Positions 1 through 9,366 of a stretch of DNA of 16,422 nucleotides are shown piece by piece (positions within the stretch are counted from its first letter, which is position 1; every line of letters begins with the position of its first letter). A program made the translations under genes and the position numbers. The notes beneath the pieces are model-generated. The model was not told the DNA's origin and searched no databases. It saw nothing but the letters and a program-made list of their open reading frames with translations. Where the stretch lies: the IMG/VR virus record IMGVR_UViG_2541047794_000004; one strand, written 5' to 3'. This DNA is from a virus (lineage: Duplodnaviria; Heunggongvirae; Uroviricota; Caudoviricetes).

Positions 1-171
1 TCAATAAATCCCATCATTGCGATCAACCTCATCCTTAACCATTGATGCGAGCAGTTCTTCCAGTTTCTGCGCTGACAGCTTTACCTGGTGATCTTCAGCA
101 TCTTCCCGGGCTATTGTGGTTCGCGCAGTGGCTGATTTTGCTGACATCACCACAGGGGGCAGACGGACCAT
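1..171 (-). CDS. Hypothetical small protein (about 47-56 aa); start ambiguous
   Basis: Open frame ends with TGA (revcomp of tca at 1-3). Minus-strand ATG at 169-171 is preceded by GGAGG about 10 nt upstream; an alternative ATG lies at 145-147. The first ~45 codons of the 93-aa track ORF cross the tfa-like terminator hairpin and are probably non-coding. No family recognised. Confidence 0.3.
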   Translation of the reverse strand: MVRLPPVVMSAKSATARTTIAREDAEDHQVKLSAQKLEELLASMVKDEVDRNDGIY

Positions 172-235
172 TGAACCATGGCCTCCGGAACAAATAAGGG
201 CAAAAATAACAACCACTATCGAAAGCTCACAAACT

Positions 236-451
236 AACCGCAGCACGTTCCTGCATACGACGTGTCTGCGGCATAATCCCAATGATTACTCCCTGACAGG
301 GTTTGCAGGCCACTCAATATCAGGTGCAGTTGATGTATCAACACGATTCAACAATACCCGATATTTATTCCATGCCTCCAGCAACGATCTTTCTTCCTCC
401 GTTGCGATTTCCAGATCTACAGCATCCTGCAGTGGCGCAATATACTCACTG
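236..451. repeat. Direct repeat copy A: tfa 3' coding end plus 3' UTR hairpin, roughly 90% identical to 1286..1500
   Basis: By-eye alignment of 236-451 with 1286-1500 shows long identical runs (e.g. ggcataatcccaatgattactccctgacaggg, ctcaatatcaggtgcagttgatgtatcaacac). Includes an imperfect hairpin at 238-271. Confidence 0.85.
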
Positions 452-555
452 AATTCCTGGATGTAGAACTGTGTGGTGACGGTCTTCCAGCCATTCGGCT
501 CCTGCTGTATCGAAGCATACCAGGCTATTTCAATATCGCTATGCTGCGGCAGCAT
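286..555 (-). CDS. Short Tfa-like protein (89 aa): C-terminal ~50 aa match the tail fiber assembly protein C-terminus, with a novel 35-aa N-terminus; possible remnant or short paralog
   Basis: C-terminus [52 protein letters not shown] is near-identical to the C-terminus of the 194-aa Tfa at 1335..1919. ATG at 553-555 with AGGGG 4 nt upstream on the minus strand. Confidence 0.55.
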   Translation of the reverse strand: MLPQHSDIEIAWYASIQQEPNGWKTVTTQFYIQEFSEYIAPLQDAVDLEIATEEERSLLEAWNKYRVLLNRVDTSTAPDIEWPANPVRE

Positions 556-582
556 TTAACCCCTTGTAATTCATCGCCATAA

Positions 583-611
583 TTGATTTAATTCACAAAT
601 AAAACTATAAC
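583..611 (+). promoter_or_regulatory. Candidate sigma70 promoter for the methyltransferase gene
   Basis: TTGATT at 583-588, 17-nt spacer, TATAAC at 606-611, in AT-rich DNA directly upstream of the ORF. Sequence-only prediction. Confidence 0.35.
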
Positions 612-623
612 ATGGTGAAATCA

Positions 624-1280
624 ATGAAAAAAAACACAGATGATGGGGCTAAAATTTACACACCACTTACCCTAAAGCTTTATGACTGGTGGGTTTTGGG
701 AGTATCAAATCGGCTTGCATGGGGATGTCCTACAAAGGAACACCTTCTTCCACACTTTCTGGAACATGTAGGTAACAACCATCTGGATATTGGTGTTGGA
801 ACTGGGTTTTACCTTACTCACGTACCTGAGAGTAGTCTGATATCTTTAATGGATTTGAACGAAGCTAGCCTGAACGCGGCATCTACAAGGGCTGGGGAAT
901 CAAAAATTAAACATAAAATTAGCCATGATGTTTTTGAACCTTATCCCGCGGCGTTACATGGTCAATTTGATTCCATTTCCATGTTTTACCTTCTTCACTG
1001 CCTGCCTGGAAATATATCTACAAAAAGCTGTGTAATACGCAATGCGGCGCAGGCCTTAACTGACGATGGAACTCTATACGGAGCCACAATTCTTGGCGAT
1101 GGAGTTGTGCACAATAGCTTCGGTCAAAAACTGATGCGCATTTACAATCAGAAAGGCATCTTTTCAAACACAAAAGATTCCGAAGAAGGCTTAACACATA
1201 TACTCTCAGAGCATTTCGAGAATGTTAAAACCAAGGTTCAAGGTACTGTAGTAATGTTTTCCGCTTCAGGGAAAAAATAG
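624..1280 (+). CDS. Class I SAM-dependent methyltransferase (orphan, about 218 aa; alternative start ATG 612)
   Basis: Glycine-rich motif I LDIGVGTG, acidic motif II-like LMDLNEA, and DSISMFYLLHCLP / LTDDGTLYGATI segments typical of a Rossmann-fold MTase. GGTGA 5 nt upstream of ATG 624. Low GC relative to the tail genes. No DPPY/NPPY or PCQ DNA-MTase motifs seen. TAG stop at 1278-1280. Confidence 0.7.
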   Translation: MKKNTDDGAKIYTPLTLKLYDWWVLGVSNRLAWGCPTKEHLLPHFLEHVGNNHLDIGVGTGFYLTHVPESSLISLMDLNEASLNAASTRAGESKIKHKISHDVFEPYPAALHGQFDSISMFYLLHCLPGNISTKSCVIRNAAQALTDDGTLYGATILGDGVVHNSFGQKLMRIYNQKGIFSNTKDSEEGLTHILSEHFENVKTKVQGTVVMFSASGKK

Positions 1281-1285
1281 CATCC

Positions 1286-1500
1286 AACCGCAGCACGTTC
1301 TTGCTTAAGACGTGCTGCGGCATAATCCCAATGATTACTCCCTGACAGGGTTCGTAGGCCACTCAATATCAGGTGCAGTTGATGTATCAACACGGTTCAG
1401 CAACACCCGATACTTTTTCCAGGCTTCCAGCAATGAGGTTTCTTCCTCCGTTGCAATTTCCAGATCTGCAGCATCCTGAAGCGGCGCAATATGCTCACTG
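1286..1500. repeat. Direct repeat copy B: 3' end of tfa plus its 3' UTR hairpin
   Basis: See copy A; same orientation, roughly 90% identity over about 215 bp. Confidence 0.85.
1288..1320 (-). terminator. Hairpin downstream of tfa (perfect 11-bp stem ccgcagcacgt / acgtgctgcgg); possible bidirectional terminator between convergent tfa and the methyltransferase
   Basis: Perfect inverted repeat at 1288-1298 and 1310-1320. On the minus strand a T-run follows about 10 nt downstream (revcomp of gaaaaaatag), further than in a canonical intrinsic terminator, so function is uncertain. Confidence 0.45.
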
Positions 1501-1919
1501 GCTACCTGCATCAGGTTGTTTTTTGTTTCTTCCGCCTCCCGGATCCGGAACAGTTTTTCTGCTTCCGTATCCTTCACCCAGGCTGTGCCGTTCCACTTCT
1601 GAAACTCCCCTTCCGGCGATAACCAGGTAACATTTTCCGGTAACGGACCGAGTTCAGAAATAAATAACTCGTCCCCTGACGCTACGTCATAAACCGTTTT
1701 CCCCCGATGGTCTTCAACGAGATGCCACGATGCCTCATCACTGTTGAAAACAGCCACAAAGCCAGCAGGAATATCTGGTGGTGCAATATCGGTACTGTTT
1801 GCTGGCAGACCTGTATGAGGCGGAATATATGCGTCACCTTCACCAATAAATTCATTAGTTCCGGCCAGCAGATTATAAATTTTTATGGTCCGTGCTTGTT
1901 CACTCATTCTGAATGCCAT
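1335..1919 (-). CDS. tfa: Tail fiber assembly protein Tfa (194 aa)
   Basis: Translation [39 protein letters not shown]... matches my recollection of lambda Tfa (orf-194) along its length and has the same 194-aa size. ATG overlaps the stf stop (TAATG). Confidence 0.93.
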   Translation of the reverse strand: MAFRMSEQARTIKIYNLLAGTNEFIGEGDAYIPPHTGLPANSTDIAPPDIPAGFVAVFNSDEASWHLVEDHRGKTVYDVASGDELFISELGPLPENVTWLSPEGEFQKWNGTAWVKDTEAEKLFRIREAEETKNNLMQVASEHIAPLQDAADLEIATEEETSLLEAWKKYRVLLNRVDTSTAPDIEWPTNPVRE

Positions 1920-4900
1920 TATGCAAGCCTCACAATATAGTTAAATGCGATGTTTTTGACGGTGTTTTCCGCGTTACCCGCAGCGTTAACGGTGATGGTG
2001 TGTCCATGTGAACCAATCGCAACGGAGTGCGTATGCGCACCAATACCTACAGTATGTGCATGTGCGCCAGAACTTGCTGCAGTACCAGACAGCGAGTGGG
2101 TATGAGCACCTGCTGACTGTGTCTGAATACGTTGATAATACGATCTATAGGAAGAAGTCTCCGGGCTTACTTGATACTGTGAATTCTGGACATAAGTGAA
2201 CCCACCGCCATCATAAAATGCTAACGCAGAACCGCCGCCTCCTGGCCAACGAATACCATTACCATGAGTATGAACACCGGCAGACCCCGTAGAGCCACTC
2301 AGACTGTGCGTATGCGCCCCGGTGTTATTCGTGGATTTAGTGCCGTAATCAAACGACGATGTGGTTTTCGTCCCCAAATCCGTACTGGATGCGCTGGCGC
2401 TGTGGGTGTGCGATTTTATGCCGTCCTGTTCCTGAGACAATACGGCCCGGCCACTGGCGGGTTTGCCCTTAATCGTCCAGCCACGCATATCAGGGATCAC
2501 GCCTGACGGATAAGCCGCTGCAAGTTTCGGGTAGGCAGATTTGTTAAAAGTCTGCCCCTGCATCAGGGCATAACCAGACGGAACGGTATCTGATGGCCAC
2601 GGGATTGGTGCGCCAACTGGGTAGCTTTCTGGTGGAAGATTTTTCGAGGTATAAACTTCTGCCCAGTCTTCCTCAAAACCATAACCGTCTCTTGAAGAAC
2701 GGTAGAACAGACCACGATTTCTGTAATGCGCCTTCATCTGCAGGGTCCGGCAACTTCCGACTCCGGTATAGAAGTTAACCAGAATATAGCTGTCGCCAGA
2801 GCGGGCGACATTGTAAGCGCCTGATTCGGCATTCCAGGGAACGGCTCCATTCGAATCCGCATAAGCCCCCGTCGAACGTCGGGCAAATGCACCAATATTT
2901 TCCGGCGTGAGGTTAATATCCGCCGAGCCATCAAACTTAACACCGTTAATTTTTGGGGCTGCCGCAAGTTTCGTCGCGGTATCGGCGTTCCCCTTCAGTG
3001 CCCCGGTGATCCCATCAGTAACAGACAACGGACCTGAAATAGTCCCTCCAGTCGTTGGCAGCGCTCCAATATCTGATGGTGTAGGTTTCTGATGTGAGCT
3101 ATACATCGTATAAACAACACCACCGGTAACGCTGGAAGGCTTACTCGCTGAATATGTTGGCGAGGTATAAATAGAAACTGACGCATTTGCAGTACAATCC
3201 CAATGGATATTTACACTCGTCGCATAATTGCCAATCTCAACGTAAATATCATATGTATCGCCGGATGTGTTGATCCAGGCGAAATTCGTTAATCCGACGG
3301 CTGTACGCTTCCACAAAGCCCCGGTAATTCCTTTGGGGTTTCCATTGCCTGCTCGTAGAACCAGTTCTGAAATGCCTGCCTGATGTGGGGAACCGACGTT
3401 GTAACCAGCGCCACCAATCAATGCGATGTAAACGATGGAACTCGCTTGTGGCATGGTAACCGTTGCCAGTTTGAACCACCCAGCCCCGCCAGAGAAAGAG
3501 ATCGTTACTGAATTTAAAGTGCCAATATCTTTCGGTGTTAATGTTATATCCGCAGTCAGTGCTTTCCCGTTAACTTTTCGGTTAGATGGTACCCTGCCAT
3601 TCGCATTGTCATTCGCTGCTTTAACTGCCTTCGGTGTCGCGGCAAGCGTTTCAGATGTGATGTTGGTCGCACTGCTGAGCTGTACTATCCCCTTTTTCGT
3701 CGTACTTGCATCCTCAAGCGCCACGGCGGATGCAATATCCTCTGCCCGTTTTGCCGCTGTCTCGGCGCGCGTTGCCGCGGATTCCGCCGTACTTTTGCTC
3801 TGTGCTGCCGCCGTCGCACTGCCAGCTGCCTCTGTCGCCTTCGCGGATGCTGTCGTGGCGCTGCCCTTCGCTGCTGACGCCTGTCTGGTCGCCTCATCTT
3901 TTGAAGCAGACGCCGATGATGCCGATGACGCCGCCGAACTGGCGGACGATGCGGCAGCCGTTTTTGAGGATTCTGCGCTGGTCTCCGACGCTTTCGCGTT
4001 CGTCTCCGATGTCTTCGCTGCGGAAGCAGACCTCGCTGCTGCACTGGCCTGTTCAGTGGCTTCGCCAGCCTTCGTTGTGGCTGTTGAAGCGGACGATGCG
4101 GCGCTTTCTGCCGATTTTCCGGCGGCGCTAGCACTGGCTGAGGCCTGCCCGGCACTTGTTGACGCTGCACTGGCAGACGACGCAGCCGCTGTTTTTGAGC
4201 CTGCTGCTGCGGAGGCACTCTGTGCTGCTGCCGTTTCAGAGGACTTAGCGTTTGTCTCAGACGTCTTTGCCGCCTTCGCGGAATTTCCTGCCGCCGTTGC
4301 CGAGGAAGCGGCATTACTGGCGCTCGAGGCTGCGCTCGTTTCTGATAATTTTGCCGCCTCTTTTGAAGCCGACGCATCTCTGGCTGAGGTGGCTGCTTCT
4401 GACGCTTTCGTGGTCGCGGTGGATGCAGAAGTGGCAGCTGATTGTTGTGACGCTGCCGCATTCGTTTCTGACGTTTTCGCCGCACCGGCACTGGTGGCCG
4501 CCGCGCTTTTTGAGGACTCTGCAGCGGCAGCACTTTTTGATGCTTCAGTGGCCTTTGCTGATGCCGTTCCTGCGCTGGAAGACGCAGACTGAGCCGACGA
4601 AGCGGCCTGTCCGGCTGACGTGCTGGCTGCTCGTGCTGAGCCTGCAGCATCAGTCGCACGGGTTGCCGCCTCACGGGCTGATGTGCTGGCATCGCTGGCT
4701 GATTTCTTCGCGGCTGCCGTGTTCTGTGCCACCGCGGACGCGTTACGCGCCACCTCTTCCACCATCAGTTCAAAGCGGCGCAGTGCCTCAGGACGGGCAT
4801 CATCCTCCGTCATGGCACCGAGAAAATCATTCAGCGTACCGGGTCGGGAATCTTCATACACGGTGATGGTCCCGGCATGTGACGGCGGGAATCCTTCCAC

Positions 4901-5089
4901 CAACAGAATAACGCTGTACTGACCGTACTCAACGTCCATGCTGTAACGCCCGGCTTCATCCGGATTTTCTGAGGCCAGCGTGTTCACCACCACCGTGGTG
5001 CTGTTACGTTTTGCTTTCAGCTGGATTGTGCAGTTCTGTACCGGTTTTCCTGTGCCGTCTTTCAGTACACCTGAAATCTTTACTGCCAT
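1919..5089 (-). CDS. stf: Side tail fiber protein Stf, full length (about 1056 aa from ATG 5087-5089; track ORF starts at upstream GTG 5095)
   Basis: N-terminus [26 protein letters not shown]... and C-terminus ...[49 protein letters not shown] match lambda Stf as I recall it. Long Ala/Ser/Thr-rich repeat tract. [10 protein letters not shown] and [11 protein letters not shown] tail-fiber repeat motifs in the central part. Confidence 0.9.
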   Translation of the reverse strand: MAVKISGVLKDGTGKPVQNCTIQLKAKRNSTTVVVNTLASENPDEAGRYSMDVEYGQYSVILLVEGFPPSHAGTITVYEDSRPGTLNDFLGAMTEDDARPEALRRFELMVEEVARNASAVAQNTAAAKKSASDASTSAREAATRATDAAGSARAASTSAGQAASSAQSASSSAGTASAKATEASKSAAAAESSKSAAATSAGAAKTSETNAAASQQSAATSASTATTKASEAATSARDASASKEAAKLSETSAASSASNAASSATAAGNSAKAAKTSETNAKSSETAAAQSASAAAGSKTAAASSASAASTSAGQASASASAAGKSAESAASSASTATTKAGEATEQASAAARSASAAKTSETNAKASETSAESSKTAAASSASSAASSASSASASKDEATRQASAAKGSATTASAKATEAAGSATAAAQSKSTAESAATRAETAAKRAEDIASAVALEDASTTKKGIVQLSSATNITSETLAATPKAVKAANDNANGRVPSNRKVNGKALTADITLTPKDIGTLNSVTISFSGGAGWFKLATVTMPQASSIVYIALIGGAGYNVGSPHQAGISELVLRAGNGNPKGITGALWKRTAVGLTNFAWINTSGDTYDIYVEIGNYATSVNIHWDCTANASVSIYTSPTYSASKPSSVTGGVVYTMYSSHQKPTPSDIGALPTTGGTISGPLSVTDGITGALKGNADTATKLAAAPKINGVKFDGSADINLTPENIGAFARRSTGAYADSNGAVPWNAESGAYNVARSGDSYILVNFYTGVGSCRTLQMKAHYRNRGLFYRSSRDGYGFEEDWAEVYTSKNLPPESYPVGAPIPWPSDTVPSGYALMQGQTFNKSAYPKLAAAYPSGVIPDMRGWTIKGKPASGRAVLSQEQDGIKSHTHSASASSTDLGTKTTSSFDYGTKSTNNTGAHTHSLSGSTGSAGVHTHGNGIRWPGGGGSALAFYDGGGFTYVQNSQYQVSPETSSYRSYYQRIQTQSAGAHTHSLSGTAASSGAHAHTVGIGAHTHSVAIGSHGHTITVNAAGNAENTVKNIAFNYIVRLA
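3731..4744. repeat. Low-complexity Ala/Ser/Thr-rich imperfect tandem repeat tract inside stf
   Basis: Stf residues about 118-455 consist of recurring AKTSETNA(K/A)..., SASTATTKA(S/G)EA..., SAASSAS units. The same composition bias produces long spurious ORFs in the other frames (3435..4592 +, 3685..4692 -). Confidence 0.8.
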
Positions 5090-5100
5090 ATTCACCCCAC

Positions 5101-5127
5101 AAAAAAGCCCGCCTGAACCGGCGGGCT
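5101..5127 (-). terminator. Rho-independent terminator downstream of lom, just upstream of the stf start
   Basis: Stem gcccgcc (5108-5114) / ggcgggc (5121-5127) with a 6-nt loop; on the minus strand it is followed by a U6 tract (plus-strand A6 at 5102-5107). Confidence 0.7.
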
Positions 5128-5153
5128 GTCATAACACTGTGTTACCTGGCTAA

Positions 5154-5753
5154 TCAGAATTTATAACCGACACCAACGATGAAACTGTTGGTACGCCAGT
5201 CACCGCTGCCGGAGCCTTCATAAGCGACATCAACGGCCACGGATTCTGTCGGGTTAAACTGCACGCCAGCCCCCCACGCCAGAGACGTGTTGCTGTGGCG
5301 ACCGTCATCACTTCCGGTCAGCACATCGTGCGTTTTCCCCGTATTGTCGGTCACCTGCAGATAATCCCCGGAGAAAGTCGACACACGGCTGTAAGCCACA
5401 CCCGCCATCGCATACGCGCTGAACCATTCATTCACGCGCACAGACGGCCCCGCCATCACGCTGAACCAGCGGTTACGCACGGAATCTTCATGCCAGCGGG
5501 TATCGCTGTAATGCGTTTTTTGCTCATCTTCAGCGTTGGCATAACTGAATGACGTAATCAGCCCCAGCGTGTCCGTAAACTCATAACGGTATTTCACGTT
5601 AATCCCGTTCAGATTATCGCTGCCGGGAGCGTTCGTACGGGCATGAAGATACCCTGCGCTCAGTGTGGCCTGCTGCTCAGACGCCCATGCAGGCGCACCG
5701 GATACGGCCAGACAGATGGCTGCGGACAAAATGGCTGCACAAACTTTACGCAT
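5154..5753 (-). CDS. lom: Lom/Ail-family outer membrane beta-barrel protein (199 aa)
   Basis: N-terminal signal peptide [24 protein letters not shown]. Motifs [17 protein letters not shown] and the C-terminus [23 protein letters not shown] match lambda Lom as I recall it. Sits between J and stf as in lambda. GAGAGG RBS. Confidence 0.9.
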   Translation of the reverse strand: MRKVCAAILSAAICLAVSGAPAWASEQQATLSAGYLHARTNAPGSDNLNGINVKYRYEFTDTLGLITSFSYANAEDEQKTHYSDTRWHEDSVRNRWFSVMAGPSVRVNEWFSAYAMAGVAYSRVSTFSGDYLQVTDNTGKTHDVLTGSDDGRHSNTSLAWGAGVQFNPTESVAVDVAYEGSGSGDWRTNSFIVGVGYKF

Positions 5754-5777
5754 AATTACCTCTCGCTTTTCTGCAAT

Positions 5778-5801
5778 AAAAAAGGCACCATTTCTGGTGC
5801 C
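5778..5801 (-). terminator. Rho-independent terminator between J and lom
   Basis: Stem ggcacca (5784-5790) / tggtgcc (5795-5801) with a 4-nt loop; followed on the minus strand by a U6 tract (plus-strand A6 at 5778-5783). Confidence 0.65.
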
Positions 5802-5820
5802 CGTATCTGGGTTATAAAAT

Positions 5821-8800
5821 TCAGCTAATCGTGATGCCTGCAGTGGCTTTCTTCATCACCACAACCAGCAAATCGCTGATACTTGCTGTGGGATACCAGT
5901 TATTTACCAGCCATGCTGACACCGAAAACTCCAGTGTCATGTGACCGTGACCGGCAGGCATATCAATAACGCCACTGTAAATCAGCGTATTATCCAGCGC
6001 GGTACGGTTATAAATTTCAGCACCGTTTTTCCGCACTATCAGACGGCATGAGGAGTAAATATCAGTATGCTCTTTCTCATGTTTAGCGCCGCTGAATGCC
6101 ACCGCCGGAATAACAATCTGCCGGTCAAACGGCTGATCGTCATAAACCCTGACGGTAATGGTTCCTGATGGCCACCGCTCCGGTGCACGGGAGTCCCGGG
6201 GGAAAGCTTTGCCCACTGTTTTAACGAGATCGCCTTCAATCTGGTTCGCGGACAATTTTCCCAGAACCCGACAGTTCTCGTTAATCGTGACGTTGTTGAG
6301 CGTCCCGGAGTTCGCATTCACGTTACCGCTGATATCGGCATTTTTCGCCGTCAGCCGCCCGTCCGGTGTCAGGGAAAATGCCGGAGGATTACCGCCGCTG
6401 GTAATGGTGGGGGCCGTCAGGCGTTTCAGGAACACTTCATTCATGAATATCTGATCGCCCTGACCAACAAACATCGGCTTTGTGTTGCCATTCGCAGGAT
6501 TAATCATCGCAATCCTGTCTGCTGCCAGCAGCACCTGACTCTGCATGCCGTCAGGGGTGTTCTCAATACCGGCACCGATACCCGCAATATAAAGGCGTCC
6601 GTCCTGCATCTGCTGCAGCTTCACTGCCCACATGCTGTTCAGGTTATTATTTGTATCAACCTGAACCTTCTGTATCTGCTGGATCGCTGCACTCTGGTCT
6701 TCCAGTTTCTTATTGACGGTCTGTGTTATTTCATTGCTGACATCCGTTATGGACGTCCTGATTTCAGTCAGGTCAGGCGCAAGCTGACCGTTATCAATCT
6801 GCGTCCACAGCTCCTGAGCCAGATGGGTTTTCCCTATCTCGCCTTTGAAAAAATCCAGATAGCCTGATGCATCATCACTCGGCTGACCGACAGCCTCCAC
6901 GAATGCCGATTTGCCAACGGTGTTCACACTGCGAACGTAAAAATAATAATCATGGCCCGGTTTGATATTGATACTGGCGGCTATCCAGTACAGTGCCGTA
7001 CCAAGATAACGCGCGCTGGTTTCAACCTGCCTGATATCCGCAATCCGTTTTTCCGAGAACCAGAACTCAAACTGTACCGTCGGATCATAAACCGCAAGAT
7101 GCGGCGTGGCGGTTATCTGAAAATAGCCCGGCGTCAGCTCAATCCGCGACGGTGCTGCCGGTGCGGCAATCCGGAATGATACCGACGCCGGATCACCCTG
7201 CTGCCCCCAGGCATTTACCGCCCTGACTGTCAGCCTGTAGTTCCCCAGCGCCAGCTGCCTGAAGCGGTATGTGGTTTCCGTCGTCCGGGCCGTGCTGACC
7301 AGCCGCTCACTGCCGTCATCCGCTGTTACGGTCAGACGGAGCAGGAAGCTCACGCCCTTCACCACCTTCGGCGTGTCCCAGCGGGCCAGCACCTGATATT
7401 CCCCGCTGTCTGCGGTGACTTCGGCAGTCAGGTGCTGCACCGCTGGCGGCGTGACACCATTCACCGTGCCGCTCTGGTCGCCGTCAAAGTGCGCCCCGTT
7501 ATCCACGATGGCTTCTTTTTCCGGTACATGCTGCACGGCGGTGATGGCATACGTGCCGTCGTCGTTCTCACGGATACTCACGCAGCGGAACAGGCGCTGG
7601 CGCAGCGTCGGCAGCTTCAGCCCCCACACGCTGTATTCAGCAACGCCGTCAGGAACACGGCTCACTTTCACCTTCACGCCGTCGGTGACGGACTGGACCT
7701 CCACGCTGACCGGATTCCCCTGTCCGTCAACCAGGCTTATCAGCGTGGTGCCGGAGGATGGCAGCGTGATTTCACGGTCGAGCGTCAGTGTCCGCGTCTG
7801 GCTGTTCACCGCCAGCACGCGCCCGCCGATGCTGATACCCGCATAGTCATCATCACAGATTTCAATGACATCGCCCGGTACATGGCGAAGCCCTTCTGCA
7901 CCCACGCTGAAGTCCACGGTCTGCGTTTCCAGCAGCTCCGTTTTAATCAGCCACAGCCCGGCGCGGTGTGCCTGCCCCCGGCTGGTACAGCCAAAGGCAT
8001 CCATCTTCGTGACGTTACGACCGTAACGGAGAATGGCCTGCGTATCTTCAACAAGCTCTGTCGCCGTCTCCCAGCCGTTATTCGGGTCAATCCAGTTCAC
8101 CTCAACGGCATTATGGCGGTCCTTCAGGGCGCTGAAGCTGTAGCGGAACGGCGCGCCATCATCCGGCATCACCACATTACTGCGGTTATAGGTCCACACC
8201 TTATCCGACGGTCGGTCCTGCACGAACGTCAGCGTCTGCCCGTTCCATACCGGCATACAGCGCATCGCCGAGCAGAAATCACTGAGAACATCCCACGCCT
8301 TACGCTGTGTGGTCAGGTAGGCATTACAGGTGATGCGCGGCTCCGTGCCACCAAAGCCATCCGGCACTGACTGATCGCAATACTGGCCGATGACATACAG
8401 CGCCCATTTGTCCACATCCGCCGCACCAAGACGTTTCCCCATGCCGTAGCGCGGGTGGGTCAGCATATCCCACAGACACCAGGCCATGTTGTTGCTGTAT
8501 GCCGGTTTAAACGTCCCGTCCCAGATACCGTTGTATTGCCGCGTCTGCGGGTTATAGTTCGACGGCACCTGCAGAATGCGCCCGCGAAGATGATAATTAC
8601 GGCTCACCTGCTGGCTGCCGAACTGCTCCGAATCCACCTGCACGCCGACCAGTGCCGTGTTCGGGTAGCCCTGTTTCACATCGATGATTTCGGTGTATGA
8701 CGACCAGAGCGTTTTGTTCTGCAGCTGGTCTGTGGTGCTGTCCGGCGTCATCCTGCGCATCCGTATATTGAACGGGCGCGGCGGCAGGTTACCCACCACC

Positions 8801-9300
8801 ACCGAGGCCAGATACTGCGAGGTGGTTTTGCCCTTAATGGTGATGTCTTTTTCCGTCACCCAGCCACCATTACGTTGTATCTGAACCAGCAGGCGAACTT
8901 CCGACGGATTCCTGTCCCCCTTTGAGGTGGTTTCCACCAGTGCCTGCACACCGAAGGTAAAACGCAGTCGGTCAATGTTTGCCGACGTGATGGTCCGGGT
9001 GATCGGCGTGTCGTATTTCACTTCCGTACCCAGTACCGTCTCGGAACCTGATGATTCAAATCCCTCCGGCGGTGTCTGTTCCTGCTCACCTGCCCGGAAC
9101 ACCACCGTGACACCAGAGATGTTAGTATTCCCCTCACTGTCCAGCACCGGTGTACTGTTCAGCAGCACGCTTTTTAATCCATCCACCGGACCTTCAACCG
9201 GCCCTTCGCTGATGGCATCGATCACACTCAGCAGCTGCGTGGACTTCAGGTTGTCCCTCGCTTCGCGCGGGGTATGCCCCTTACTGCTTCCTTTACCCAT
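5821..9300 (-). CDS. J: Tail tip / host specificity protein J (1159 aa), central fibre and receptor-binding protein
   Basis: N-terminus [34 protein letters not shown]... and most of the length match lambda gpJ as I recall it; the last ~150 aa look divergent. GGAG 8 nt upstream of the ATG. Confidence 0.95.
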   Translation of the reverse strand: MGKGSSKGHTPREARDNLKSTQLLSVIDAISEGPVEGPVDGLKSVLLNSTPVLDSEGNTNISGVTVVFRAGEQEQTPPEGFESSGSETVLGTEVKYDTPITRTITSANIDRLRFTFGVQALVETTSKGDRNPSEVRLLVQIQRNGGWVTEKDITIKGKTTSQYLASVVVGNLPPRPFNIRMRRMTPDSTTDQLQNKTLWSSYTEIIDVKQGYPNTALVGVQVDSEQFGSQQVSRNYHLRGRILQVPSNYNPQTRQYNGIWDGTFKPAYSNNMAWCLWDMLTHPRYGMGKRLGAADVDKWALYVIGQYCDQSVPDGFGGTEPRITCNAYLTTQRKAWDVLSDFCSAMRCMPVWNGQTLTFVQDRPSDKVWTYNRSNVVMPDDGAPFRYSFSALKDRHNAVEVNWIDPNNGWETATELVEDTQAILRYGRNVTKMDAFGCTSRGQAHRAGLWLIKTELLETQTVDFSVGAEGLRHVPGDVIEICDDDYAGISIGGRVLAVNSQTRTLTLDREITLPSSGTTLISLVDGQGNPVSVEVQSVTDGVKVKVSRVPDGVAEYSVWGLKLPTLRQRLFRCVSIRENDDGTYAITAVQHVPEKEAIVDNGAHFDGDQSGTVNGVTPPAVQHLTAEVTADSGEYQVLARWDTPKVVKGVSFLLRLTVTADDGSERLVSTARTTETTYRFRQLALGNYRLTVRAVNAWGQQGDPASVSFRIAAPAAPSRIELTPGYFQITATPHLAVYDPTVQFEFWFSEKRIADIRQVETSARYLGTALYWIAASINIKPGHDYYFYVRSVNTVGKSAFVEAVGQPSDDASGYLDFFKGEIGKTHLAQELWTQIDNGQLAPDLTEIRTSITDVSNEITQTVNKKLEDQSAAIQQIQKVQVDTNNNLNSMWAVKLQQMQDGRLYIAGIGAGIENTPDGMQSQVLLAADRIAMINPANGNTKPMFVGQGDQIFMNEVFLKRLTAPTITSGGNPPAFSLTPDGRLTAKNADISGNVNANSGTLNNVTINENCRVLGKLSANQIEGDLVKTVGKAFPRDSRAPERWPSGTITVRVYDDQPFDRQIVIPAVAFSGAKHEKEHTDIYSSCRLIVRKNGAEIYNRTALDNTLIYSGVIDMPAGHGHMTLEFSVSAWLVNNWYPTASISDLLVVVMKKATAGITIS

Positions 9301-9311
9301 TCCTCACACTC

Positions 9312-9342
9312 CATAAACAACAAAGCCGCCCAAAAGGCGGCT
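9312..9342 (-). terminator. Rho-independent terminator after the lipoprotein moron, immediately upstream of the J start
   Basis: Stem agccgcc (9324-9330) / ggcggct (9336-9342) with loop caaaa; followed on the minus strand by a U-rich run (uuguuguuuau). Confidence 0.65.
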
Positions 9343-9366
9343 CATGAGTTACGGCAGGATTAACTA

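Noticed and set aside
116-466. 116-aa plus-strand ORF at the left end
   Set aside because: Antisense to the tfa-like ORF and the terminator hairpin, with no ribosome-binding site or motifs.
541-555. Perfect 15-bp palindrome atgctgcGgcagcat overlapping the start codon of the short tfa-like ORF
   Set aside because: One perfect palindrome with 7-bp arms is expected by chance in about 16 kb, and no second copy or operator-like context was seen.
612-1280. Methyltransferase as part of a restriction-modification system
   Set aside because: No DNA-MTase catalytic motifs (DPPY-type or PCQ/ENV pairing) were recognised, the protein is small, and no adjacent endonuclease ORF exists. The ENV in FENVKTK is isolated and was judged coincidental.
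236-1919. Possible invertible tail-fibre segment (Mu G / e14 pin-type shufflon) suggested by duplicated tfa ends
   Set aside because: The two tfa copies are in direct, not inverted, orientation and no invertase (pin/gin/cin) gene is present in the window.
3435-4692. Long ORFs in other frames of the stf repeat tract (385 aa plus strand, Ala/Asp/Phe-rich; 335 aa minus strand, Arg/Pro/Gln-rich)
   Set aside because: They are artefacts of the GCN-rich Ala/Ser codon repeats of stf: the same periodic sequence stays open in several frames. The Stf frame is the one with lambda-like termini.
7432-8370. 312-aa plus-strand ORF (and neighbouring plus-strand ORFs) inside J
   Set aside because: Antisense to J, Arg/His-rich as expected for the reverse frame of a GC-rich gene, and no independent translation signals were seen.
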